NCBI RefSeq assembly: GCF_000195955.2
Contig: NC_000962.3
Coordinates: 3,030,001-3,062,000, forward strand
From: Mycobacterium tuberculosis H37Rv
GTDB taxonomy: Bacteria; Actinomycetota; Actinomycetes; Mycobacteriales; Mycobacteriaceae
Length of the DNA stretch: 32,000 bases
Reading direction: 5' to 3'
The position numbers and the translations under genes were made by a program. Below the pieces are notes generated by a model. That model had not been told where the DNA came from and searched no databases. It worked only from the letters and a program-made list of their open reading frames with translations. Below, in pieces: positions 19,087 to 28,601 of this stretch; positions within the stretch are counted from its first letter, which is position 1; every line of letters begins with the position of its first letter.

Positions 19087-21424
19087 TTGAGGGATCATCG
19101 GTCACCACGGCACCAATGCCAAGCTTTTCCTTGATCTTCTTCTCGATCTCGTCAGCCACGTCGGCGTTCTCCACCAAGAAGTTGCGGGCATTCTCCTTGC
19201 CCTGGCCGAGCTGCTCGCCCTCGTAGGTGAACCAGGCACCCGACTTGCGGATGAGGCCCTGATCCACACCCATGTCGATCAGCGAGCCCTCCCTGCTGAT
19301 TCCCTTGCCGTAGAGGATGTCGAACTCGGCCTGCTTGAAGGGGGGCGAACAGTTGTGCACGACAACCCCTTCGGCGACGAGGGTGTGCAGTTCCTCGACC
19401 TCGAGGTCGAACGTTCGTGCCCGCCGCGTTGGCAGCACTTCTCGGATCACGGAATAGCGGAGTTCTTCCGCCAGCATGTCGTGCAGGAATTTGTCATCCA
19501 GGGCATCCGCGAGCGCCTGCACGCGATCCCGACGAAGGCGGCTGGCACCTAAGACCTGCTTCATTCCACCGCGGGGGTCCCCGGAAGCTACACCGATCAT
19601 GGCCGCGGCCTCCTGCGCGGTCACGCCGCGCTCGTCCAGATAATTCAGCACGGCATCGGTCATCTCTGCAGCCAGATATGTCGCTTGCGATCCACGACGC
19701 CGCCCCTGCGTGGCTTCTGGAATCGCCTGGATAAGCGCGGCACCGCGCGGCCCCCACATGGGAACTGACTCCGCGAATGCCGTGACGTTATCCATACCCG
19801 AGATCCGGACCTCGAACACTTGACGTTTGCTCTGGATCCGTCGACCGTTGACGATGCTCGGCCGCTTCTGGGTCGGATCGTAATCTCGAACGGTGCTCCC
19901 GACACCGAACCGCAGCAGCAGCCAATGAATCTGATGCGCGAGTTGTTCAGAGGTCGTCGTGTAACCGACCCGAAGTGCCCCGGTCTGTTCCCGGCTCACC
20001 CACCCGTCGCTTTCGAACAGGCCGAAGAGCAGATTGCCGACAATGTCGGCCGCGATGTCCGGCTCGAAGAACCAATTCGGAATCGTCTTCTCCCACGCGA
20101 GCTTGCCGTAGATACCGGCCTGCTGACAAAGGTCTGCCACACCGTTGCGCTCACCGGGTCGATGAGCGATCGCGAGTGAGATACGCCCCTGCGGATGGGC
20201 CGCGCAACCGAGCGTCGCAGCGATTCGCGTCACGTCGTCAATGAGCGCCCGCTGAACATTGATGAAGTTGATCGGAGTCTTGCCCCCCACCCAACCATCC
20301 CTGCCATCTCCGATCAGGTAGCCAAGCAGCCGGGCATGATCCGCCGGAATCGGCGCACTGTCACCGAATCCATCGAAGCGTCGCGGTTGCGCCACCCTGT
20401 CTCCCTTGCGGAGTTCCCCGGCGGCACGCCAGCCGTACTCTGTCAGCACCTTGTGATCGGGTGTCGCCCACACGATGGCGCCACCGGCGATCCGCAACCC
20501 GATCACATCCCGCGTTCCCTGGTCGAACCAGGACACCACGGGCCGCGCATGCAGCGTTCCGTCCTTGGCAGCAGCCACGACATGAATAGGCTTGCGCCCA
20601 TCGACAACATCCTCGATGCGATGCGTTGTACCGGTGACCGGATCGAAGATCCGAGTGCCCTCTGCGAGGCACTTGTTCTTGACGACCTTGACCCGGGTGC
20701 GGTTGCCGACCGCGTTGGTACCGTCCTTGAGCGTCTCGACTCGCCGCACGTCCATGCGCACCGACGCGTAGAACTTCAACGCCTTTCCGCCCGTTGTCGT
20801 CTCGGGCGACCCGAACATCACTCCGATCTTGTCGCGGAGCTGGTTGATGAAGATCGCCGTGGTGCCCGAATTATTCAGCGCGCCGGTCATTTTCCGCAGC
20901 GCCTGGCTCATCAGCCGGGCCTGCAGCCCGACGTGGCTGTCGCCCATCTCGCCTTCGAGCTCCGCGCGCGGCACCAGCGCCGCCACCGAGTCGATCACCA
21001 CGATGTCAAGCGCACCCGAGCGGATCAGCATGTCGGCGATCTCGAGTGCCTGTTCCCCGGTGTCCGGCTGGCTGACCAGCAGCGAATCGGTGTCGACACC
21101 GAGCTTCTTGGCATAGTCCGGATCCAGCGCGTGCTCGGCGTCGATGAACGCCGCAACACCACCGGCGGCCTGAGCGTTGGCCACCGCGTGCAGCGCCACG
21201 GTGGTCTTACCCGACGACTCCGGGCCGTATATCTCTATCACCCGGCCACGCGGCAGGCCGCCAATGCCCAGGGCCACGTCTAGTGCGATGGATCCGGTCG
21301 GAATGACCGAAATCGGCTGACGCGCCTCGTCGCCGAGGCGCATCACCGAACCTTTGCCGTAACTCTTCTCGATCTGGGCCACTGCCAGCTCGAGCGCCTT
21401 TTCCCGATCGGGGGTCTGCGTCAT
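19052..21424 (-). CDS. recA: RecA recombinase precursor containing an intein (790 aa precursor; 350 aa mature)
   Basis: [30 protein letters not shown] (Walker A), [30 protein letters not shown]-type region, [20 protein letters not shown]; extein interrupted after VRVKVVKNK. Confidence 0.98.
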   Translation of the reverse strand: MTQTPDREKALELAVAQIEKSYGKGSVMRLGDEARQPISVIPTGSIALDVALGIGGLPRGRVIEIYGPESSGKTTVALHAVANAQAAGGVAAFIDAEHALDPDYAKKLGVDTDSLLVSQPDTGEQALEIADMLIRSGALDIVVIDSVAALVPRAELEGEMGDSHVGLQARLMSQALRKMTGALNNSGTTAIFINQLRDKIGVMFGSPETTTGGKALKFYASVRMDVRRVETLKDGTNAVGNRTRVKVVKNKCLAEGTRIFDPVTGTTHRIEDVVDGRKPIHVVAAAKDGTLHARPVVSWFDQGTRDVIGLRIAGGAIVWATPDHKVLTEYGWRAAGELRKGDRVAQPRRFDGFGDSAPIPADHARLLGYLIGDGRDGWVGGKTPINFINVQRALIDDVTRIAATLGCAAHPQGRISLAIAHRPGERNGVADLCQQAGIYGKLAWEKTIPNWFFEPDIAADIVGNLLFGLFESDGWVSREQTGALRVGYTTTSEQLAHQIHWLLLRFGVGSTVRDYDPTQKRPSIVNGRRIQSKRQVFEVRISGMDNVTAFAESVPMWGPRGAALIQAIPEATQGRRRGSQATYLAAEMTDAVLNYLDERGVTAQEAAAMIGVASGDPRGGMKQVLGASRLRRDRVQALADALDDKFLHDMLAEELRYSVIREVLPTRRARTFDLEVEELHTLVAEGVVVHNCSPPFKQAEFDILYGKGISREGSLIDMGVDQGLIRKSGAWFTYEGEQLGQGKENARNFLVENADVADEIEKKIKEKLGIGAVVTDDPSNDGVLPAPVDF
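19352..20671 (-). mobile_element. RecA intein with LAGLIDADG homing endonuclease (440 aa, PI-MtuI-like)
   Basis: Begins [23 protein letters not shown], contains endonuclease motifs [12 protein letters not shown] and [12 protein letters not shown], ends VAEGVVVHN followed by +1 Cys ([11 protein letters not shown]). Exactly 1320 bp. Confidence 0.98.
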
Positions 21425-21531
21425 GGTGCCTCTCCTGTGGTCGGTGTTCGATTGACCGGTATCGGTCGGTTGGCCGTGACACTAGAGACAGCCACTGACA
21501 AGTCGGCTGCTCCGAATGATCACCACAGTAG

Positions 21532-21547
21532 CCGAACACCTGTTCGA
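21532..21547. promoter_or_regulatory. LexA/SOS box upstream of recA
   Basis: CCGAACACCTGTTCGA on + strand; reverse complement TCGAACAGGTGTTCGG, TCGAAC-N4-GTTCGR. Confidence 0.88.
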
Positions 21548-21618
21548 TTCAAGTGTGACACGCCGCGTGTGGCAACATCGCGTCCGCGCTCGTCGGCGCG
21601 TCGAACGCCCTGGCGGCG

Positions 21619-21792
21619 GTGCGGCCCGACTTGCGTGCGCGGCTGGTCCGGATCACCGACGATCTGCTCAACACCGCTAGCCTGGCCGGATCCGGCGTGC
21701 TCACCGGCCCGGATCTGACCTTTCGGCGTCGCAGCTGCTGCCTGTTCTACCGGGTACCCGCCGGAGGCAAGTGCGGCGATTGCCCGCTTTGA
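21619..21792 (+). pseudogene. FhuF-like C-terminal cysteine-rich fragment (Rv2737A-like, 57 aa from GTG)
   Basis: VRPDLRARLVRITDDLLNTASLAGSGVLTGPDLTFRRRSCCLFYRVPAGGKCGDCPL*: CCX10CX2C motif typical of the 2Fe-2S C terminus of FhuF-family ferric reductases; no N-terminal domain present. Confidence 0.65.
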
Positions 21793-21805
21793 CGAATGTG
21801 CAACC

Positions 21806-22012
21806 TCACCACCGATCGTGGGGAACGTCGAAGTCGGCGCACAATGCCCGCCAGACGTCGCGGGGCTCGACACCGTCCTCGATGGCCTGGGCGGCGCTAC
21901 GGCCGTCGAAGCCGGTCAGCACGTGATCGAGCAGCACCGACGAGCCATAAGCCGCCCCGAAATGCAGGGCTACCCGCTCGTGGAACTCCGTCAGCCGCAC
22001 GCCAGCCAACAT
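21806..22012 (-). CDS. DUF3046 small protein (Rv2738c-like, 68 aa)
   Basis: RLTEFHERVALHFGAAYGSSVLLDHVLTGFDGRSAAQAIEDGVEPRDVWRALCADFDVPHDRW. Confidence 0.88.
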   Translation of the reverse strand: MLAGVRLTEFHERVALHFGAAYGSSVLLDHVLTGFDGRSAAQAIEDGVEPRDVWRALCADFDVPHDRW

Positions 22013-22022
22013 ACCCAGCGCG

Positions 22023-23189
22023 CTACCCCGCCAACGCAAGCGCGTCGTGGCAGACCCGCACCGGATCGGCCGCACCGGCGACGCTGGCGGCCGCCCGCCG
22101 CGCGGCCTCCCGGAACCTCGGCGACGACAACACCTCGTTGACCGCCGCCACCAGCGCGTCGGCGGTCAACGGCCGGATCAGCACCGCGCTACCCTGCCGG
22201 ACTACCCGGTTGGCGATCTCCCACTGATCCCCGCCACCGGGAACCACCACCATGGGCACCCCGGCCAGCAGCGTCTTGGCCACCATCCCATGACCACCGC
22301 CGCAGATCACCAGATCGGCCCGCGTGAGCAGCTCGGCCTGGCTGCCCAGCCCGGCCACCGCCCAGGGCGGCACCGTCAGGTCGGCTCCGCTCAAACGCGA
22401 CACCACCAGGCGCGATCCCGACGGCACCGTCTCACCCGGCGTCAGAGACTGCAACGCGACCTCCGTCAATCCGGCGGTCCCGGTCAACGCGGTGGACGGC
22501 GCCACGACCACCACCGGCCCGGTGCCGGCGGGGATGGCCAGCACCCGATCGGTCGGCTCGAAATGCAGCGGGCCCACCACGACGGCCTCGGCCGGCCAGT
22601 CCGGGCGGGGAACCTCGAGCGCGGGCAGCGTGGCGATCAGCCGGCGCAGCGGCCCGGGATCGCGGGCCGGCAATCCGATCTCGACCCGAACGGCGGCACG
22701 CTGGCGCAGCCCGGCACGCCAGGACCGCCCCGTCAGCGCTCGCATGGTGGCATCGCGCAGCCGGCCGCGGATACCGGTGCCTGCAGCCAGTCCGCTGCCG
22801 ATCGGCGGCAGTCCCTTCGACGGCAGGTACAGCGGATGCGGGTTGAGTTCCACCCACGGGATCCCTAGCAGTTCGGCTGCCATGCCGCCGCACGCCGTGA
22901 TGACGTCGGACACCACCAGCTCCGGTTCCAGAGCCCGCAGCCGCGGCACGTTGAGCACGGCCATCTGCGCCGCTCGCCGATGGATCCTGGCCCCGGCGTC
23001 GAGATCGCGGTCGGTGGCCGCCAGCCCGTCCAGCTCGACGGCGTCAATGCCAGCGGCGCGGGCGGCTTCCAGCCATTCCACCCCGGTGAACAGGGTGGGC
23101 GTGTCAGCGGCTGCGCGGAAACGCTGGCACAGCGCGATCGCCGGAAACGAGTGCCCGGGATCCGGCCCGGCGACCACGGCGACGCGCAT
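22023..23189 (-). CDS. UGT-like glycosyltransferase (Rv2739c-like, 388 aa)
   Basis: MRVAVVAGPDPGHSFPAIALCQRFRAAADTPTLFTG N-terminal GT-B domain; QAELLTRADLVICGGGHGMVAKTLLAGVPMVVVPGGGDQWEIANRVVRQGSAVLI C-terminal signature. Confidence 0.9.
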   Translation of the reverse strand: MRVAVVAGPDPGHSFPAIALCQRFRAAADTPTLFTGVEWLEAARAAGIDAVELDGLAATDRDLDAGARIHRRAAQMAVLNVPRLRALEPELVVSDVITACGGMAAELLGIPWVELNPHPLYLPSKGLPPIGSGLAAGTGIRGRLRDATMRALTGRSWRAGLRQRAAVRVEIGLPARDPGPLRRLIATLPALEVPRPDWPAEAVVVGPLHFEPTDRVLAIPAGTGPVVVVAPSTALTGTAGLTEVALQSLTPGETVPSGSRLVVSRLSGADLTVPPWAVAGLGSQAELLTRADLVICGGGHGMVAKTLLAGVPMVVVPGGGDQWEIANRVVRQGSAVLIRPLTADALVAAVNEVLSSPRFREAARRAAASVAGAADPVRVCHDALALAG

Positions 23190-23232
23190 CGGCCCTACCC
23201 TGCCACAGCGCCACAGCCGTAGGCTGACAGCC

Positions 23233-23682
23233 ATGGCCGAGCTGACCGAAACATCGCCGGAAACCCCCGAAACCACCGAGGCCATTCGTGCCGTCGAGGC
23301 GTTCCTCAACGCCCTGCAGAACGAAGACTTCGACACCGTCGACGCCGCACTGGGCGACGACCTGGTCTATGAGAACGTCGGGTTTTCCAGGATCCGCGGT
23401 GGCCGCCGCACGGCAACGCTGCTTCGCCGCATGCAGGGCCGCGTCGGCTTCGAGGTGAAGATCCACCGCATCGGCGCCGACGGCGCCGCGGTGCTCACCG
23501 AACGCACCGACGCGCTAATCATCGGACCGCTGCGGGTGCAGTTCTGGGTCTGCGGCGTATTCGAGGTGGACGATGGGCGGATCACCCTGTGGCGGGACTA
23601 CTTCGATGTCTACGACATGTTCAAGGGCCTCTTGCGAGGCCTGGTGGCGCTGGTGGTGCCATCGCTGAAGGCAACGCTGTAG
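23233..23682 (+). CDS. ephG: Limonene-1,2-epoxide hydrolase-like epoxide hydrolase (149 aa)
   Basis: AIRAVEAFLNALQNEDFDTVDAALGDDLVYENVGFSRIRG...LTERTDALIIGPLRVQFWVCGVFEVDDGRITLWRDYFDVYDMFKGL. Confidence 0.92.
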   Translation: MAELTETSPETPETTEAIRAVEAFLNALQNEDFDTVDAALGDDLVYENVGFSRIRGGRRTATLLRRMQGRVGFEVKIHRIGADGAAVLTERTDALIIGPLRVQFWVCGVFEVDDGRITLWRDYFDVYDMFKGLLRGLVALVVPSLKATL

Positions 23683-23913
23683 GCCGACCTTCCGGATCAA
23701 GCCCAACGCGCTGTAGAACATCGGGTAGCGCTACAGCCAGCCGGCTGCCCGGGCTTATCGCTACTCTGCGCGGCGGGCCAGCAAAGATGCGAAGTGTGGG
23801 CGAAACCGCAAATGCATCGCCTCGGCCGCTATACGATCCCCATGCACAGTCTTGAGGGTGAGCTGGCGATTTTGGGCCGACACGACGGGCTGTGGCGTGT
23901 TTGGAGGTCTCAG

Positions 23914-25491
23914 ATGTCATTTGTGATCGCGGCACCGGAGTTTTTAACGGCGGCAGCAATGGACTTGGCGAGCATCGGCTCGACAGTGAGCGCGGCCAGT
24001 GCCGCCGCATCAGCCCCCACGGTCGCGATCCTGGCCGCGGGCGCCGATGAGGTGTCGATAGCCGTCGCGGCGCTGTTCGGAATGCATGGCCAGGCATATC
24101 AGGCCCTCAGCGTGCAGGCATCGGCGTTTCATCAGCAATTTGTGCAGGCCTTGACCGCGGGCGCGTACTCGTATGCCTCCGCTGAAGCCGCCGCCGTGAC
24201 ACCGCTTCAGCAACTAGTCGATGTGATAAATGCGCCCTTCAGAAGCGCGCTCGGCCGCCCCCTGATCGGCAACGGCGCCAACGGTAAACCGGGGACCGGA
24301 CAAGACGGCGGGGCCGGCGGACTCTTGTACGGCAGCGGCGGTAACGGGGGATCAGGGCTGGCCGGCTCCGGCCAGAAGGGCGGTAACGGAGGAGCTGCCG
24401 GATTGTTTGGCAACGGCGGGGCCGGCGGTGCCGGCGCGTCCAACCAAGCCGGCAACGGCGGCGCCGGCGGAAACGGCGGCGCCGGTGGGCTGATCTGGGG
24501 CACCGCGGGGACCGGTGGCAACGGCGGGTTCACCACCTTTCTTGATGCCGCTGGGGGTGCCGGCGGGGCCGGCGGCGCCGGTGGGCTGTTCGGCGCGGGC
24601 GGGGCCGGCGGCGTAGGCGGCGCCGCCCTCGGCGGCGGCGCCCAGGCCGCCGGTGGCAACGGCGGTGCGGGCGGGGTCGGTGGGCTGTTCGGCGCCGGCG
24701 GTGCCGGCGGCGCCGGCGGCTTCAGCGACACCGGTGGGACCGGCGGGGCTGGCGGGGCCGGCGGGCTGTTCGGCCCGGGCGGCGGCTCGGGCGGCGTCGG
24801 TGGCTTCGGCGACACCGGTGGGACCGGCGGCGACGGCGGCAGCGGCGGGCTGTTTGGCGTCGGCGGGGCCGGCGGGCACGGTGGCTTCGGCAGTGCTGCC
24901 GGCGGCGACGGCGGCGCGGGCGGCGCCGGCGGCACGGTCTTCGGCTCGGGCGGGGCCGGCGGTGCAGGCGGAGTCGCCACTGTCGCTGGCCACGGTGGTC
25001 ACGGCGGTAATGCCGGCCTGCTATACGGCACCGGTGGGGCCGGCGGAGCCGGCGGGTTCGGCGGGTTCGGCGGCGACGGCGGCGACGGCGGTATCGGCGG
25101 GTTGGTCGGTTCTGGCGGCGCCGGCGGCAGCGGCGGCACCGGTACCCTAAGTGGTGGTCGCGGCGGGGCCGGCGGTAACGCCGGCACGTTCTACGGTTCC
25201 GGCGGCGCCGGCGGCGCCGGCGGGGAGAGCGACAACGGCGACGGCGGAAACGGCGGCGTGGGCGGCAAGGCCGGGTTGGTCGGCGAGGGCGGCAACGGCG
25301 GCGACGGCGGTGCCACGATAGCAGGAAAGGGTGGTAGCGGCGGTAACGGCGGCAACGCCTGGCTGACGGGCCAGGGCGGCAACGGCGGCAACGCCGCATT
25401 TGGCAAAGCCGGGACTGGCAGCGTCGGCGTCGGTGGCGCCGGCGGGCTGCTGGAGGGCCAGAACGGCGAGAACGGATTGCTGCCTAGCTGA
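23914..25491 (+). CDS. PE_PGRS47: PE-PGRS family protein (525 aa)
   Basis: PE domain [56 protein letters not shown], linker [11 protein letters not shown], long GGAGGx/GGNGGx array. Confidence 0.95.
   Translation: MSFVIAAPEFLTAAAMDLASIGSTVSAASAAASAPTVAILAAGADEVSIAVAALFGMHGQAYQALSVQASAFHQQFVQALTAGAYSYASAEAAAVTPLQQLVDVINAPFRSALGRPLIGNGANGKPGTGQDGGAGGLLYGSGGNGGSGLAGSGQKGGNGGAAGLFGNGGAGGAGASNQAGNGGAGGNGGAGGLIWGTAGTGGNGGFTTFLDAAGGAGGAGGAGGLFGAGGAGGVGGAALGGGAQAAGGNGGAGGVGGLFGAGGAGGAGGFSDTGGTGGAGGAGGLFGPGGGSGGVGGFGDTGGTGGDGGSGGLFGVGGAGGHGGFGSAAGGDGGAGGAGGTVFGSGGAGGAGGVATVAGHGGHGGNAGLLYGTGGAGGAGGFGGFGGDGGDGGIGGLVGSGGAGGSGGTGTLSGGRGGAGGNAGTFYGSGGAGGAGGESDNGDGGNGGVGGKAGLVGEGGNGGDGGATIAGKGGSGGNGGNAWLTGQGGNGGNAAFGKAGTGSVGVGGAGGLLEGQNGENGLLPS
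24456..25450 (+). repeat. PGRS GGX-GGX low-complexity coding repeat array
   Basis: Dense ggcgccggcgg / aacggcggc triplet-periodic repeats encoding GGAGGAGG and GGNGG motifs; boundaries approximate. Confidence 0.85.
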
Positions 25492-25511
25492 GCCAGCTTA
25501 GCCGCAGCTTG

Positions 25512-26015
25512 GCCTCAGCCACCGGGCGTGCGGCGGCCCATCGACCGAGGCACGTCGAAATCGGTGCACAACGCCCACCACGCGACGCGGGGCTCAACCC
25601 CGTCCTCGATCGCGCAGATGGCATTGCGCCCACCGAAACCGGTCAGCACATGGTCCAACCAGCACCAAAAGCCCGGTACGCCGCGCCGAATCGCGGGCTG
25701 ACCAACTCGTGGAACTCCGTCCGCCGTATGCCGCCAACCGCGTGCGTCAGCGCCTTGTGGCACACCCGCACCGGATCGGCTACCTAACCCGCGCCGGCCG
25801 CTGCCTTGGCGCGGCACCCGGTCGGCCATCCACCGCAGATCCCCGCCACCGAACGCACCGAAACGCCGACCTTCGGCCCGCTTCGTATCCGGTTCTGGGC
25901 CTGCGGCATTTTCGAGGTACAACGGGCACGCTATGGCATTACCACTTCGGCGTCCAAGGCGCTGGTGCGCGGTCTGACCGCGTCGGCGTTCTCGTCGCCG
26001 CGGGCTACCCTGTAG
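25512..26015. pseudogene. Decayed partial duplicate of the DUF3046 region and ephG 3' end
   Basis: Approximate boundaries. 25535-25780 resembles 21825-22070 (e.g. GTGGCACACCCGCACCGGATCGGC vs GTGGCAGACCCGCACCGGATCGGC), and 25828-26015 resembles 23461-23682 (protein LRIRFWACGIFEVQ...LVRGLTASAFSSPRATL* vs LRVQFWVCGVFEVD...LLRGLVALVVPSLKATL*). Confidence 0.82.
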
Positions 26016-26348
26016 CGAATGAGCGACAACGCAATCCGCCCGCGGCCCAACCCGTGGCAGTACATCCGCTATTGCTACGGGGCGCGGCTGCCGGACTCGA
26101 TGCGAGACTGGGTGCGCAACGATCTGGCCGGCAAGGGTGCGGCCATCCGGATGATGATCCGCGTCGCGGTTCCGGCGGTGCTGGTGCTGGCCCCGTTCTG
26201 GCTGATCCCGACGTCGCTGGACGTCCACTTGAGCATGACGTTGCCGATTCTCATCCCGTTCGTGTATTTCTCGCATGCGCTGAACAAGGTATGGCGCCGG
26301 CACATGCTGCGCGTGCACAATCTTGACCCCGAGCTCGTCGACGAGCAC
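25515..26348 (-). other. Arginine-rich ORF (Rv2742c-like); likely spurious
   Basis: Long open frame antisense to both the ephG-like decayed copy and the DUF5313-like gene; its C-terminal part carries a DUF3046-like relic (LDHVLTGFGGRNAICAIEDGVEPRVAWWALCTDFDVPR). Start chosen as an internal Met by size of the recalled 277-aa annotation. Confidence 0.4.
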
Positions 26349-26423
26349 GCCCGCCAACGCGACGCCCACATTCACCGGGCGTATATCGAACGCTACGGGC
26401 CACGGCCGGACCCGAACGACTAA
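26019..26423 (+). CDS. DUF5313-like small membrane protein (134 aa)
   Basis: RPNPWQYIRYCYGARLPDSMRDWVRNDLAGKGAAIRMMIRVAVPAVLVLAPFWLIP...; strong GC3 codon bias, hydrophobic segments, ATG start 3 bp after the preceding stop. Confidence 0.78.
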   Translation: MSDNAIRPRPNPWQYIRYCYGARLPDSMRDWVRNDLAGKGAAIRMMIRVAVPAVLVLAPFWLIPTSLDVHLSMTLPILIPFVYFSHALNKVWRRHMLRVHNLDPELVDEHARQRDAHIHRAYIERYGPRPDPND

Positions 26424-27232
26424 CGCCGGGGCAATCCGCCGAGCTCGTCAAACGCCTGCGCCCAAGCGACCAGGCGATCGGTGGCGCCGGCCAACTCCTC
26501 GCGGTAGCGCTGTTGTCCGGGCCCAGCCCCACCCGCGCCGTTCGCCGAGGAAACCAATTGCGCTGCGGCGGTGACCATTTCGTTGTACTGACGGACGCCG
26601 GTGCTCAGCTGCGCGGTAAACGCGTTGATGGTCGGCACCAGATACGACCGCGACGCCGCCGAGCATTGCACGGCCCGCTCCATCGAGACCACCTCGGCCG
26701 CGGTCGCCACCATCGCCGCCGAAGTCTGGTTGGCCGCGGCCGTTAGGTCGCGGATCTCGTCCGCCGGCAACATGGCGCCCCGCTCCATGACACCCAACAG
26801 CGAGAAGAACCCGCGTTCGGAGGCGCCCAGCGCCGACATCGCGGGTCGCGCGGCCGAGCCCGGTGGTGGCAGCCGGCGCACACTTGCGGGCCGCCGCACC
26901 GGCAGTGGCTCCGAGCGCAGCCAGCGGTAGCGAAGCAGCAATAGCGTCGCCGGAATGGCCTGCGTGACCGCAATCGTGCCGGTAATCACCAGCAGCGACG
27001 TAAACCAGCCCCAGGCCGCCAACAGCGCCGTCACCAACCCCCAGAGCAGACAGCCTGCGGTGAATACCAGACCCCAGCGCAATGCACGGCGGCGGCGGCG
27101 CAGCAGCCGGGCACGCGGATCGATGGCGACGCTGATCTTTTGTGCTACCAGGTCGGCCAAATCACCGGCGGTATCCACGCCGCGCTGCAGCAACGAACGC
27201 CACGGCCGGCGCTGACCCGCTTTCACTGCCAT
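26420..27232 (-). CDS. Conserved transmembrane protein of the clgR-pspA cluster (Rv2743c-like, 270 aa)
   Basis: Two adjacent TM segments (ALRWGLVFTAGCLLWGLVTALLAAWGWFTSLLVITGTIAVTQAIPATLLLLRY), located 18 bp downstream of pspA. Confidence 0.87.
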   Translation of the reverse strand: MAVKAGQRRPWRSLLQRGVDTAGDLADLVAQKISVAIDPRARLLRRRRRALRWGLVFTAGCLLWGLVTALLAAWGWFTSLLVITGTIAVTQAIPATLLLLRYRWLRSEPLPVRRPASVRRLPPPGSAARPAMSALGASERGFFSLLGVMERGAMLPADEIRDLTAAANQTSAAMVATAAEVVSMERAVQCSAASRSYLVPTINAFTAQLSTGVRQYNEMVTAAAQLVSSANGAGGAGPGQQRYREELAGATDRLVAWAQAFDELGGLPRR

Positions 27233-27250
27233 GCCGAACCGTCTGCCCAA

Positions 27251-28063
27251 CTACTGACCGTAGGGCTGCTCGGCAATAGCCCCGCCAGAAGTCTCGGTGG
27301 CCGGTCTGGGGGTAGCCGTGGTCCCGCCGGCCGGCAACGCTTCACCGCGCATCGATGCGCGGATCTGTTCCAACCGTGAATGACCGGCCATCTGGATCCC
27401 GGCCTGCTCCACCTCGAGCATCCGGCCCTGCACCGAACTCTCGGCAAGTTCAGCCGAACCGATCGCGTTGGCGTAGCGACGCTCGATCTTGTCGCGCACC
27501 TCGTCGAGGCTCGGCGTGTTGCCTGGCGCGGCGAGCTCACTCATCGACCGCAACGATGCGCTGACCTGCTCCTGCATCTTCGCCTGCTCGAGCTGGCTGA
27601 GCAGCTTGGTTCGCTCGGCGATCTTCTGCTGCAGCACCATCGCATTTCGTTCGACGGCCTTCTTGGCCTGAGCTGCGGCGCTAAGCGCCTGGTCATGCAG
27701 CGTCTTGAGGTCTTCGACGCTCTGCTCGGCGGTCACCAGCTGGGCTGCGAACGCCTCGGCGGCGTTGTTGTATTCGGTGGCCTTGGCAGCGTCTCCGGCG
27801 GCGGTGGCCTGGTCGGCCAGCGTCAGGGCTTGGCGCACATTGACCTGAAGCTTTTCGATGTCCGCCAGCTGTCGGTTGAGTCGCATCTCCAATTGACGCT
27901 GGTTACCGATCACTTGCGCCGCCTGTTGAGTCAGCGCTTGGTGGGTGCGCTGTGCTTCCTCAATGGCCTGTTGAATCTGCACCTTGGGGTCGGCATGCTC
28001 GTCGATCTTCGAGCTGAACAGCGCCATGAGGTACTTCCAGGCTTTAACGAACGGATTGGCCAT
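27251..28063 (-). CDS. pspA: PspA/IM30 family protein, 35-kDa antigen (270 aa)
   Basis: [73 protein letters not shown]: PspA-type coiled coil. Confidence 0.96.
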
Positions 28064-28192
28064 CAGTTAGCTCCGCCTTCGCTTCTTGTGTGCGCCAGAT
28101 GGTCTCAGCGCCCTGTCGCTCAATTTATCGGGTCAGCGCGCATTGCCCCACCCATGGCGCGCATCTTGTCGACCCGGACCGACCGGCGACCC

Positions 28193-28531
28193 TTAGGCCA
28201 CCGCCAGCGACACCACCGGCGCAATGACGACCTTGGTGCTGGCGTCAATGGTGGCGCCGGTTGCTCTGCCAGCCGGGGTGGCGCGGGCAAGGCGCTCTTG
28301 ACGCGCCATCCGCTCGCCCGCATCGATGAGCACCACCGACAACGGGAGCTGCAGAGCCGTACAAATCGCACTGAGCAGCTCGCTGGAAGGCTCCTTGCGA
28401 CCGCGCTCGATCTCCGACAGATACCCGAGGCTCACCCGCGCCGAATCGGACACCTCGCGCAGCGTCCGACCCTGCGACATCCGCGCTCCGCGCAGCACGT
28501 CACCAACGACCTCACGCACCAAAGCCGCCAT
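28193..28531 (-). CDS. clgR: ClgR transcriptional activator, XRE/Cro-type HTH (112 aa)
   Basis: [56 protein letters not shown] helix-turn-helix; adjacent to pspA. Confidence 0.95.
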   Translation of the reverse strand: MAALVREVVGDVLRGARMSQGRTLREVSDSARVSLGYLSEIERGRKEPSSELLSAICTALQLPLSVVLIDAGERMARQERLARATPAGRATGATIDASTKVVIAPVVSLAVA

Positions 28532-28601
28532 CAAAAACTCCTTGTCCACCTCGCAATCGTCATCAGGTGAACGCCGCCGGCGGTGGGGTTGGTTCCCGCA
28601 A

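Noticed and set aside
20195-21283. 362-aa + strand ORF opposite recA and the intein
   Set aside because: Crosses the intein/extein boundary antisense; no domain-like sequence.
24456-25450. Possible CRISPR or non-coding tandem repeat
   Set aside because: Repeats are triplet-periodic and encode continuous GGX motifs downstream of a PE domain; there are no spacers of uniform length.
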